Positions 21,013-29,796 of a stretch of 64,000 nt of DNA are shown one piece after another; the stretch's first letter is position 1, and each line of letters opens with the position of its first letter. A model generated the notes under the pieces. It did no database searches, had not been told where the DNA came from, and was given only the letters and a program-made list of their open reading frames with translations. Source of the DNA: an uncultured Chloroflexia bacterium (GTDB lineage: Bacteria; Chloroflexota; Limnocylindria; Limnocylindrales; CSP1-4); the NCBI GenBank assembly GCA_963813535.1, contig CAWEZH010000002.1, positions 256,001 to 320,000 on the forward strand, in the 5' to 3' direction. The translations under genes and the position numbers were made by a program.

Positions 21013-21444
21013 TCAGTCGAACTCGAGCGGATTACCGCCCCGATGCTCGCTCGGGGCCGGAGACCGGAAGGTCCCGTTCGGGAGTTCCATCCCGCGCTCG
21101 CCTCGGCGATGCTCGATCATGCCGTCATTCAAGATCGTGCTCGGCTTGCGGACGGTGGGGTGGATGTTCACGTAGGGATTTCCCGGCGCCGACTTCGGCA
21201 GCTCGACCGGCTGGGCGACAGCCCCGCCGCGCTCACCGACGCGCTGCTCGAGGAGGCCCGGGTCCTGGAGGATCTGGGTGGTGGTCCTGCTCGGAGCCAC
21301 CGTGCTCGGCGCGGACAGGGCGGTGAAGGCGCCCCACCCGAGCGTGACCATGATGGCCGCGGTCGCCAGTGCGATGCCGAACCGCTCGAGCCACCGATTC
21401 TGCTGCCGTGCGACAGCCTGTCCCTGACTAGCCATGTCTGTCAT
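21013..21444 (-). CDS. Small exported or membrane-anchored protein with an internal repeat
   Basis: GGAGG RBS; hydrophobic N-terminal helix; repeat ILQDPGLLEQRVGERG / ILNDGMIEHRRGERG. Confidence 0.7.
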   Translation of the reverse strand: MTDMASQGQAVARQQNRWLERFGIALATAAIMVTLGWGAFTALSAPSTVAPSRTTTQILQDPGLLEQRVGERGGAVAQPVELPKSAPGNPYVNIHPTVRKPSTILNDGMIEHRRGERGMELPNGTFRSPAPSEHRGGNPLEFD

Positions 21445-21484
21445 GACCTCCGTCTCGCACCCTTCGTGGGTGCTTGGTGACGAG

Positions 21485-21529
21485 ACCTTGGAGGTCGCCG
21501 GCTGCAGCCCGGCTACAGTTCGGCTGCAG
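21485..21529 (-). promoter_or_regulatory. SARP/AfsR-type promoter: three 9-bp direct repeats plus a -10 element
   Basis: CTGCAGCCG / CTGTAGCCG / CTGCAGCCG at 11-bp period, then 8 nt, then CAAGGT. Confidence 0.65.
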
Positions 21530-21539
21530 CGTTCCAGGG

Positions 21540-21577
21540 CGCTTGGTCGAAGGTTCGAATTCCCACCGCCGGAGCCA
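21540..21577 (+). repeat. tRNA-Asn 3'-half repeat, copy 1 (att-like)
   Basis: CGCTTGGTCGaAGGTTCGAATtCCcACCGCCGGAGCCA versus tRNA 20106-20142. Confidence 0.9.
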
Positions 21578-21705
21578 CTCCTTCGTACGTTGCAGCCTGG
21601 GGGAACCGCCAACCCTCCATCCGTAGCCGCTCTGCAATCAGGCGGTGGTGCCGTGCCTTCTCGCCGAAAACGGAATGCCGTCGAGCGATGCGACTATGGT
21701 GACCG

Positions 21706-24700
21706 ATGAGCCGATTCCCACGCCGCGCGGGTGCTGAAGTGCCACTCGAATTCCGCCTCCTCGGCGAGTTCGCGGTCCTCGCTGACGGTCGACGCCTCGA
21801 CCTCGGGGGTCCCCGTCAGCGGAGCGTGCTCGCGTTGTTGCTCCTGCAGCGCGATCGGGCGATCTCGACCGTGCTGCTGGCCGACAAACTGTGGCCCGAT
21901 GACCAGCCCCTAAGCGCCATCAAGACGATCCAGATCTACGTCTCGCGGCTGCGCCATATCCTGGGCGCCGAAGCCGGAAGGCTCAGCTCCACGGCGTCGG
22001 GCTATCGCCTGGCGGTCGCGGATGACGAGTTCGACGTTGCACGCTTCGAGCGGGGCCTACGCCAGGCTCGCGAGACGAGCGCCTCCGGCGACCAGGACCG
22101 CGCACGCGCACTGCTCGAGGCCGCATTGGCCGAGTGGTCAGGACCCGCCCTGGGTGACATGGCCGACGAGCGTTTTGCGCGAAGCGAGGCTGATCGGCTC
22201 GAAGAGCTCCGGCTGCAGGCCATCGAGGAGCTGTACGAGAGGCGCATCGCCGGAGGCTCCGGCCGCGAGGCCATCGCGGAGCTTCGTCGCCTCGTGGCCG
22301 ACGAGCCCGGCCGGGAGCGGCTGTGGCGGCTGCTGATGCTGGCGCTGTATGCCGACAGCCGCCAGGCCGAGGCCCTCGAGGCCTACCAGGAAGCCCGCCG
22401 GTATCTGGGCGACGAGCTCGGCCTCGACCCGAGCCCGGAGCTCCAGGAACTGGAGCAAGCGATCCTCAATCAGACGGCGCCACTCCCGGCGCGGGACGAG
22501 CTCGAAGCGGCTCCGGCCGTGGCGACAGACGCGCTTGCCGACGAGCCACTCACCTCGGCGGGCAGCGCCGAGGCCGCGGCGCAGCGCAGGCGCCGGGTGG
22601 TCACGGTCCTGCGCGCCGGTATGGTCGGGACCGCAAACGACATCGATCCCGAGATCCTCGAGGCGCTCGGGCGCCGTGCCGAGGAGGTCGTCCGTCGGGC
22701 GATCGAGCGTCACGGCGGCATCATCGACCACGCCGATCAGCACGGTGTGACCGCCGTATTCGGTCTCGCTGTCGCGCGTGAGGACGACGCGTTGCGGGCA
22801 GTCCGGGCCGCCGCCGAGCTGCGCGGCGAAGCGAGCTCGGATACAGGCGTCGCGCGCGTCGTCCTCCGTGTCGGGGTGGCCACCGGCGAAGTCCTTGCCG
22901 GGGCCGGCGACGACGGGCATGGCTTGCTGGTGACCGGTGCACCGCTCCATCTCGCGGGCGTGCTCGCCGAGCTTGCCGCGGGTGGCGAGGTCCTCCTGGC
23001 GCTTGAGACCGAGCGCCTCGTCCGAGGTGCGACCTCGACGGAGCCGGCGATGCTGCACGGCGACGACGATGGCCCGGCGTCGGGAGCCGTGCGCCTCGTG
23101 GCCGTCCTCGAGTCCGAGCCGATCGAGCGCCGGACAACGACCCCGTTCGTCGGCCGGGCCGCCGACCTGGACGCGCTGGCCGCCGCCTTCGAGCGGGTGG
23201 CGGCCGACGCCGTACCCGGCCTCGTGACTGTCACTGGCGCACCGGGCGTCGGCAAGAGCCGGCTCGTCGCCGAGGCCCTGGCCCCCATCGCCGAGCGCGC
23301 CGCGGTCCTGCGGTCGCGCTGTCTGCCGTACGGCGAGGGGATCACCTATTGGCCGGTCCGCGAGCTCGTCCAGATGGCCACCGGGATCGAGCTCGGCGAG
23401 CCGCGGGACGACGCCATCGCCAAGCTCGACGCGATCGTGGGCGGGATCGATCGGGCCGACCTCGTGCGCGGCAGCATCGCGTCGATCATGGGCCTGACCG
23501 ACGAGACGGTGCCCGGCGAAGAGATCACTTGGGCGGTCCGCCGCTTCGTGGAGGTGCTCGCGGCCGAGCGCCCGCTGGTGCTCCTGGTCGACGACCTGCA
23601 GTGGGCCGAGCCGGTACTCATCGACCTGCTCGATCACGTGCTCGACCTCGGTCGCGGCCCGATCCTGCTCATCGCCATCGCCCGCCCCGAGCTCGCAGAT
23701 GTCCGACCCGACTGGCTGGCCCGCTCGAGCCTCGCTCTCGTACGGCTAGACGCTCTCGGCGAGACCGACGCTGCAACGCTGCTGGATCATCTCGCCCCGG
23801 AGCTGCCTCCAGGGGAATTGCGCTCGCGGATCCTGGCGTCCGCCGAAGGCAACCCGCTGTTCGTCGAACAATTCGTCGCCTATGCCACCGAGGAGGCGCT
23901 CGCCGGCCGGCCCACGCTCAACGAGGGAACGGCAGTCGACCTGCCGATCCCGCCCACCATCGGGGCGCTTCTCGCAGCCCGGCTTGACCGCTTGCCCGAG
24001 GCCGAGCGTCACGTCCTCGAGAGGGCTTCTGTCGTCGGGAGGACGTTTTGGACCGGAGCCCTGACCGAGCTTCTGCCAGACAGCGAGCTCCGGGACGTAG
24101 CAGGCCGTCTGGCCCGCCTCGTGCGGCGCGACCTCATTCGACCCCAGCGCACTGACTTCGCCGATGAGGACGCGTATCGCTTCCGTCACCTCCTCATCCG
24201 CGACGCGGCCTACGCGAGCTTGCCCAAGAGCGATCGGAGTGAGCTCCATGAGCGGTTCGCCGGCTGGCTCGAGCGCGTCAACAGACAAGGGGAGCGTGAG
24301 ACAGACGTCGAGGAGATCCTCGGCTACCACCTCGAGCAGGCCTACCGGTACCGCATCGAACTCGGACCCCTCGACGACGAGGCCGTCGCGCTCGGCCGTC
24401 GGGCGTCGACGCGGCTCGCCTCCGCGGGCCGACGCGCCCTGGCCCGGAGCGACTTCCCGGCTGCCGCGAACCTCCTCGACCGCGCGGCGCGGGTCCTCGA
24501 TGAACACAACGGGGAGCGAGCCAGGCTACTCGTCGCGGCGGGCGAGGCCTATCTGGAGATCGGCGAGTTCACCAAGACCGATGGCGTGCTCGTTCAAGCG
24601 GCAGTCGTCGCCGACGACGTCGGCGACGGCCCGGTCCTGACGACCGCCAACCTCGTGCGACTCCAGCTCCAGTTGCGCAGCGAAGCTTCAACGTCGATCG

Positions 24701-25677
24701 ACGACGTCATGCGCGAGGCGCAGGCCGGCATCAAGGATCTGAAAACTTCCGACGACCCGAACGCGCTGGCTCGCGCGTGGCGACTGATGACCCTGGTCTA
24801 TGGCGTGTCTGGGCGATACGAGGCAGCCGGCGATGCCAACGACCGCACGATCGAATATGCACGACGTGCAGGGGATCATGTCCTCGAGAAGCGGCTCTAC
24901 TCGTCGGCAGCGCAAGTGGCTCTATCCGGACCGCTACCTGCCCAGGCTGGGATCAGAAGGTGCGAGGAGTTGGTGCAGATCTCGGAGGGAGACCGCCGCT
25001 CCCAGGCGGTGACTCTGGCGGCTCTGGCCCACCTGCGCGCGATGGTCGGAGATTTCGAGCCGGCTCGAGAGGACTACCGGCGCGGGCGCGCGACCCTTGA
25101 AGAGCTGGGCCTGCGTTTTGACGCCGCGCTCATCTCGATCGACTCAGGGCCAGTCGAACTGCTCGCCGGGGATCCGGTCGCGGCCGAGGCCGAGTTGCGG
25201 AAGGATCACGAGGCGCTCGATGCGATGGGAGAGAGGAACTACATCTCGTCCATCGCGGGGCTTCTGGCCGAAGCGCTGTATCGACAGGGTCGATTCGATG
25301 ACGCGGCGACTTCCGCAGCCTTCAGCGAGGAGGTGGCTGCCCCATCCGACGTCTTTTCGCAGCATCTCTGGCGCGGAGTGCGGGGCAAGCTGTTGGCCCG
25401 GGACGGCGCCCACGATGAGGGCATCGCGCTCGCCAACTCCGGCGTCGAGCAGACCCGGACATCCGACGACATCGAAGGACAGGGCAACGCGCTGATATTC
25501 CTGGCCGAGGCACAGGCGGCGGCCGGGCGCGACGACGATGCCGCCCGCTCGGCGACCGAAGCGCGGACACTGTTCGAGGCCAAGGGGAACATCGTGTCGG
25601 CCGCCAGGGCGGCCGGGTTCGCCTCGCCGGTCGCGATCAGGAGCACCCAGGTGCGGCGGACGGGTCGCATCGGATAG
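21706..25677 (+). CDS. Large SARP-family regulator: wHTH + BTAD + degenerate class III cyclase-like domain + STAND NTPase + TPR region
   Basis: LGGPRQRSVLALLLL, YVSRLR, RERLWRLLMLALY, ELGLDPSPELQ, GAPGVGKS, LVDDLQWA, EGNPLF, YRFRHLLIRDAAY. Confidence 0.88.
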   Translation: MSRFPRRAGAEVPLEFRLLGEFAVLADGRRLDLGGPRQRSVLALLLLQRDRAISTVLLADKLWPDDQPLSAIKTIQIYVSRLRHILGAEAGRLSSTASGYRLAVADDEFDVARFERGLRQARETSASGDQDRARALLEAALAEWSGPALGDMADERFARSEADRLEELRLQAIEELYERRIAGGSGREAIAELRRLVADEPGRERLWRLLMLALYADSRQAEALEAYQEARRYLGDELGLDPSPELQELEQAILNQTAPLPARDELEAAPAVATDALADEPLTSAGSAEAAAQRRRRVVTVLRAGMVGTANDIDPEILEALGRRAEEVVRRAIERHGGIIDHADQHGVTAVFGLAVAREDDALRAVRAAAELRGEASSDTGVARVVLRVGVATGEVLAGAGDDGHGLLVTGAPLHLAGVLAELAAGGEVLLALETERLVRGATSTEPAMLHGDDDGPASGAVRLVAVLESEPIERRTTTPFVGRAADLDALAAAFERVAADAVPGLVTVTGAPGVGKSRLVAEALAPIAERAAVLRSRCLPYGEGITYWPVRELVQMATGIELGEPRDDAIAKLDAIVGGIDRADLVRGSIASIMGLTDETVPGEEITWAVRRFVEVLAAERPLVLLVDDLQWAEPVLIDLLDHVLDLGRGPILLIAIARPELADVRPDWLARSSLALVRLDALGETDAATLLDHLAPELPPGELRSRILASAEGNPLFVEQFVAYATEEALAGRPTLNEGTAVDLPIPPTIGALLAARLDRLPEAERHVLERASVVGRTFWTGALTELLPDSELRDVAGRLARLVRRDLIRPQRTDFADEDAYRFRHLLIRDAAYASLPKSDRSELHERFAGWLERVNRQGERETDVEEILGYHLEQAYRYRIELGPLDDEAVALGRRASTRLASAGRRALARSDFPAAANLLDRAARVLDEHNGERARLLVAAGEAYLEIGEFTKTDGVLVQAAVVADDVGDGPVLTTANLVRLQLQLRSEASTSIDDVMREAQAGIKDLKTSDDPNALARAWRLMTLVYGVSGRYEAAGDANDRTIEYARRAGDHVLEKRLYSSAAQVALSGPLPAQAGIRRCEELVQISEGDRRSQAVTLAALAHLRAMVGDFEPAREDYRRGRATLEELGLRFDAALISIDSGPVELLAGDPVAAEAELRKDHEALDAMGERNYISSIAGLLAEALYRQGRFDDAATSAAFSEEVAAPSDVFSQHLWRGVRGKLLARDGAHDEGIALANSGVEQTRTSDDIEGQGNALIFLAEAQAAAGRDDDAARSATEARTLFEAKGNIVSAARAAGFASPVAIRSTQVRRTGRIG

Positions 25678-25875
25678 CCCCGACGACGATCGGCGCGACC
25701 GGATCGACGGGGACCCTCTTTGCGGAGATCGTGCCGGACACCGATCCTGCCGCTCGCCCCGTTGCGGATTCGCGGCGGTGCGACGCTGGTGCAAAACGCG
25801 GCAGGTGTAGGGTCAGCCCGCCTCAGATCGTGTCAGCCGAAGGCGCACGATCCGTGCCTCCCAAAGGAGCTGGCT

Positions 25876-26724
25876 ATGCTGCGCTTCGCGAACCAGCCGA
25901 GGACGACCGGCACCGGCCGGCCCACCCGGGATGGCCATGACAGCACCGGCGACGCGATCAGGGTCGAGATCTACGACCCTGCGACGAACCGGACCGTCGA
26001 CACGGATGCGGATGTGACCCTCACTCTCGGATTGGGCTCCGCACGTGGCAAGCTGATCGGGGGGACCGCGAAAGCGGTCGCCGGGGTCGCCACCTTCCCG
26101 GACCTGTCGATCGATACGCCTGGCCTCTACACGCTCAGGGCCAGCAGCGCGGCCGACACGGACACCCCGGTGTCGGACGGGTTCATGGTGGCCGATACCG
26201 TTGCCACGTGTGATGGCCCGGGCTGCAGCTTCACTGAGACCAAGGAGCGGCACACCTACACGGCAACCCCGGAGCAAGGGTCGGCAGGCGCCAATTGGGC
26301 CTCCTCCGTCAACTTGCCGGGCGTGCAGATCTCGTGCGATTTCGCGCCGTTCGATTACCCAGACGAACGCCAGCCGAACGCGATCTGGTATAGCTACGAC
26401 GACGGGGATACCCGGTCCCCGAAGACGATCGTGATCGTCATCGACAAAGAGATCGTCGATAAGACGCCGGACAACGGCACGTCCGACTATCGCGTCTGCT
26501 ATTCGTCACCGGTGCCTTTCACCGACCGCACGGGCGAGCTGGCCAAGCCGGATCCCTGGGAGGATGGTCCGAGCGCGTACTTCGGGACTACCTGGTTCAC
26601 CGGGCTCCTGCCGGACTGCGACCCGAACGATCCAGTGGCGCCGTGCGTCCTGGGATGGACCGACGATGGCGGCAACCGAGTCGGGACGTTCCTGGCACCA
26701 CCTGGGGATCCCTCCTTCAGGTAG
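25876..26724 (+). CDS. Hypothetical protein with an Ig-like domain and a Cys-rich C-terminal domain
   Basis: AAAGGAG RBS; FANQP..VEIYD..VTLTL..GVATFPDLSI..GLYTL pattern; six Cys in the C-terminal half. Confidence 0.6.
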   Translation: MLRFANQPRTTGTGRPTRDGHDSTGDAIRVEIYDPATNRTVDTDADVTLTLGLGSARGKLIGGTAKAVAGVATFPDLSIDTPGLYTLRASSAADTDTPVSDGFMVADTVATCDGPGCSFTETKERHTYTATPEQGSAGANWASSVNLPGVQISCDFAPFDYPDERQPNAIWYSYDDGDTRSPKTIVIVIDKEIVDKTPDNGTSDYRVCYSSPVPFTDRTGELAKPDPWEDGPSAYFGTTWFTGLLPDCDPNDPVAPCVLGWTDDGGNRVGTFLAPPGDPSFR

Positions 26725-26917
26725 ACCTTGGCGATCTAAGCTTTCCTCCACGGCTCTGGTCTCACCGGGACTGAGCAGCATCTGGGTCACGAACGAGCGG
26801 GCCATGTTCGGCCGCACCCGGGGCTGGTGCTAGCTCCGATCAGCCTGCGACTGTGCCACTAACGATCGCCTCCACGCTCGCGTCGCCACGCGAGGAAGCA
26901 CGTCGCACTTGCCAGGG

Positions 26918-26954
26918 CGCTTGGTCGCAGGTTCGAATCCCACCGCCGGAGCCA
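26918..26954 (+). repeat. tRNA-Asn 3'-half repeat, copy 2 (att-like), followed by an 11-bp mini-copy at 26962-26972
   Basis: CGCTTGGTCGcAGGTTCGAATCCcACCGCCGGAGCCA, then CGCCGGAGCCA. Confidence 0.92.
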
Positions 26955-27246
26955 CACTCCTCGCCGGAGCCAATTGTCCTCTCTCGCCGCAGCCAACCCT
27001 CTCTAGGATGCTCAGTCTGAGCACGAAGCTGGGCGTTGACGCCCGGTCAGGTCCACCGTGTATCGGTCGGATCGACCGCTGAAGCTCGGCTAACGATCGC
27101 TGCCAGTAGGAGACGTCTGAATGTAAACGCCGCTGCCAGACGGTTGCGGGAGCCGAGATCCGAACTCGAACGCTCTTGTCGGGCCGCCGAGTTTAGTGCG
27201 GCTCCTACTGTCGACAGACGCTGCGGACGTCCCTTTCTGGCAAGAG

Positions 27247-28947
27247 CTATCGGACGGCCGCCGGGTGGCACGCCGTCGCATCCGTGGCCGAACGCCGGGC
27301 GAGACCCGCAGTGACGAGGGTGGGGTCAAGCCGCTCCCAGGCCTCCACGAGGCCGCTGGCCGAGACTGCGACCCGCCGGTAGCGGGCCTCGAGCTGGCCT
27401 CGGAGGGAGGTCCATCCCTGGCTCGATAGCGTCTCCGCGGACGCCAGCGGGCGACCCATCACGATGACGTAGTCGATCTCACCATCCGGCCGCCTCCGGA
27501 ATGCTTCGAGGTCCACTCCCGGTGGCACATTGAACCCATCGGGATGGGACAGCAACCACCGGAACGGATCGTTGTCTGGTCGGTTCCGGTATAGGTAGAA
27601 CGGGAAGTGACCCTCCCAGTTGCTCAGGTCGTGCCCGCTCGTCGCCGCGGCGATCCGGCCCACCTCGGAGCCGCCGGGATCTGTGCGCCCGAGGGGACCC
27701 GCCGGGGGAAGGGCGAGGTTGGCCTGGATCATGGTCGATCGGAAGGCGACGCACGGCACCAGGGATTCGACTTCCTCGGCCGCGGCGCTGAGGCTCAGCG
27801 TCGTCGGGAGTCGCAGCACGAAGAGCGCCCCCGCAACCGCGAGGAAGGCCGTGGCGGCGACCTGCGCGCCGCGACGCGGTATGTCTTGCGCCGCGAGCCA
27901 CAGGACGAGTCCGTACACGGGGAACAGCGCGAGGCGCTCTGGAATGTAGCTGCCACCGCTCTGGACGCTCGCCGGTGCAACGAGTGCGACGAGCAAGGCC
28001 GAGCCAGCGTAGCCGAAGAGAGCGTCCTCATTGCGTAGCGAGCGGGGGCGCGCGCCGGCCCGCCGCCAGACCGCGACGAGGAGCAGCCCGGCGAGCGTCA
28101 GCGCAAGTCCGACCGCCGCGACTATCTCCAACGGATGGGCCGTCGCGAGGCCGATTGCGAGTCCCAGGATCCCGATGGCCTGGAGGACCGGGTTCAAGAA
28201 GTCGACGGGCGCCGCCGAGCTCGTAGTCAGGAGGAAGATCGCGGCGAGCGCGATCGACGGCAGGGCTCCAATCAGAAGCGGCAGCATCGCCAGTGTCGCT
28301 CGTGCCCCAGCGCGAGCACCGCCAGCCCGCCACGACCCGACGACCCGACTGGCACCCATCACAACCACGAAAAGACCAAGCTCGAGGAACGGCACCAGGT
28401 GGGAGACGTAAACGAGCAGGGCAAGCAGGCCGAAGACGATGGCCGTCCTCGAGCCAGGGGCCAGTCGATGCCGCCACGCGTATCCCGCCGCGACAAGGCA
28501 CAGGGCAACCCCGAAGCTGAAGTCGTAGAAACCGTACTGGAACGCGAACGTGAAAGTCAGCGGGATGGCGAGTAGGGCCAGCCAGTCCCGCCCGGGGTGA
28601 ATGCTCCGCACGGCGTAGAGCAGCCCCAACGGAATGGCGGCGACGTACGCAATCTGGAGGAGACGCTCGGCGCTCGCTGGATCTGAGACCAGCATGGCAA
28701 TTGCGAGCGCCAGCCCGGCCAGGAGGTTCGGGGCCGGGAACGGCGTCACTTCGACATACCGCAGGTGCAGCCCCCCGGCGCCCTGGAGAATGTCGCGGAT
28801 GAGCGCTGCCCCGCCGACGTGGGCAGCCCCGTCGACAGTCAGGTACCGCGGCACCATGAGCAGGAAGGCAGTCTCGGCGAGGACGGCCAGCCCGAGGATG
28901 ACGCGCGCGGAGGGTCGCCACGGCTCCTGCCTGTCGATCGCGCTCAC
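27247..28947 (-). CDS. Polytopic membrane protein, GT-C-like glycosyltransferase candidate
   Basis: About 11-12 hydrophobic segments; first-loop TVDGAAH; GFYDF, YVSHL, IPERL; soluble C-terminal domain. Confidence 0.55.
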   Translation of the reverse strand: MSAIDRQEPWRPSARVILGLAVLAETAFLLMVPRYLTVDGAAHVGGAALIRDILQGAGGLHLRYVEVTPFPAPNLLAGLALAIAMLVSDPASAERLLQIAYVAAIPLGLLYAVRSIHPGRDWLALLAIPLTFTFAFQYGFYDFSFGVALCLVAAGYAWRHRLAPGSRTAIVFGLLALLVYVSHLVPFLELGLFVVVMGASRVVGSWRAGGARAGARATLAMLPLLIGALPSIALAAIFLLTTSSAAPVDFLNPVLQAIGILGLAIGLATAHPLEIVAAVGLALTLAGLLLVAVWRRAGARPRSLRNEDALFGYAGSALLVALVAPASVQSGGSYIPERLALFPVYGLVLWLAAQDIPRRGAQVAATAFLAVAGALFVLRLPTTLSLSAAAEEVESLVPCVAFRSTMIQANLALPPAGPLGRTDPGGSEVGRIAAATSGHDLSNWEGHFPFYLYRNRPDNDPFRWLLSHPDGFNVPPGVDLEAFRRRPDGEIDYVIVMGRPLASAETLSSQGWTSLRGQLEARYRRVAVSASGLVEAWERLDPTLVTAGLARRSATDATACHPAAVR

Positions 28948-29040
28948 GACGCCCCTATCGTGCGATGGAGGATCCGATGAACGCAACACTCGCGACTGTC
29001 GCTCCGGCAGTGATGCCTGCCGGAGCCTCGGCTCGACCGC

Positions 29041-29630
29041 CTAGACTGAACAGCCTCCGAGATGTAGCGACACATCTCGGTCATCGTGGGCGCATCTTCC
29101 GGGCTCCGATGAGTGCCTGCAAGGGCGTCCGACCCTGGGTCAGCCGGCCGGTGTGGGTGCGCTCCTCGTTGTAGAAGCGGAGGTATGCGGCAAGGTCGCG
29201 AGTCAGGCCGGTCAGCTTGGGCACCAGGCTGCGCGCGAGCGACGGCCGCCAGCACTCCTCGAGGATTGTCCGCTGGACGCGCTCGACGGCCCATTGGTGG
29301 CCGGCCGACCGGCCCGGATGAACGTCTGCTGAGCGCCCAGCGCGCGGACGCTGTCGCCGAAGACAGCCGAGCGGAACTCGCTGCCGTTGTCGGACAGGAC
29401 CCGCTCGAGCCGCCAGCCGCGGGCGTCCAGGTCAGCCGCCACCCGACGGGCGAGGGCCGATGTCCGGGCCGCACTCGGGTTGCGCGGGGTCGTCGCCAGC
29501 TCGGCCCAGACATAGCTCGTCGCGAGGTCGATCGCGGTGTACTGCTAGACCCGCCCGCTCGTGCCGGCCAAGCGGCCGACGTGGAAGCAGTCGAAGCCGA
29601 CCAGCTCGCCCGGGTTGTCGACGGGTCCCG
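29041..29630 (-). mobile_element. IS481-like transposase remnant (5'-truncated, nonsense codon and frameshift) with its right end
   Basis: Reads VGFDCFHVGRL..V*QYTAID..VLSDNGSEF..RPATNG / VERVQRTILEE..YNEERTH (rve DDE core); end hairpin CCGAGATGT-N6-ACATCTCGG and terminal CTAG. Confidence 0.82.
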
Positions 29631-29726
29631 GCCGACCAGGGCTCCGTTCCAACCTGCGACTGTGCAACTGACAGTCGCCTCTACGCTCGGGCCACCACTC
29701 ACGGAAGCACGTGGCATCGGCCGGTG

Positions 29727-29763
29727 CGCTTGGTCGTAGGTTCGAATCCTACCGCCGGAGCCA
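29727..29763 (+). repeat. tRNA-Asn 3'-half repeat, copy 3 (exact, att-like)
   Basis: 37/37 identical to tRNA 20106-20142. Confidence 0.95.
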
Positions 29764-29796
29764 CTCCGTGACTGATCCGGACCGGTCAGGCCTCCC

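Larger units (their letters stand above)
20143..29763. mobile_element. tRNA-Asn-anchored island made of three tandem segments, each closed by a tRNA 3'-end repeat; no integrase seen
   Basis: Direct repeats at 21540, 26918 and 29727; accessory cargo, an IS remnant and long non-coding stretches. Confidence 0.75.

Noticed and set aside
26760-26862. Tyrosine integrase C-terminal remnant (QHLGH) before the arm
   Set aside because: Only a three-residue LGH match, with no HxxR or catalytic Tyr; too weak to call.
21540-29763. Additional tRNA genes at the three repeats
   Set aside because: Only the 3' 37 nt are present; there is no D-arm, anticodon loop or 5' acceptor strand.
20068-29763. CRISPR array
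   Set aside because: The repeats are tRNA-derived and separated by 1.4-5.4 kb; no cas genes are present.
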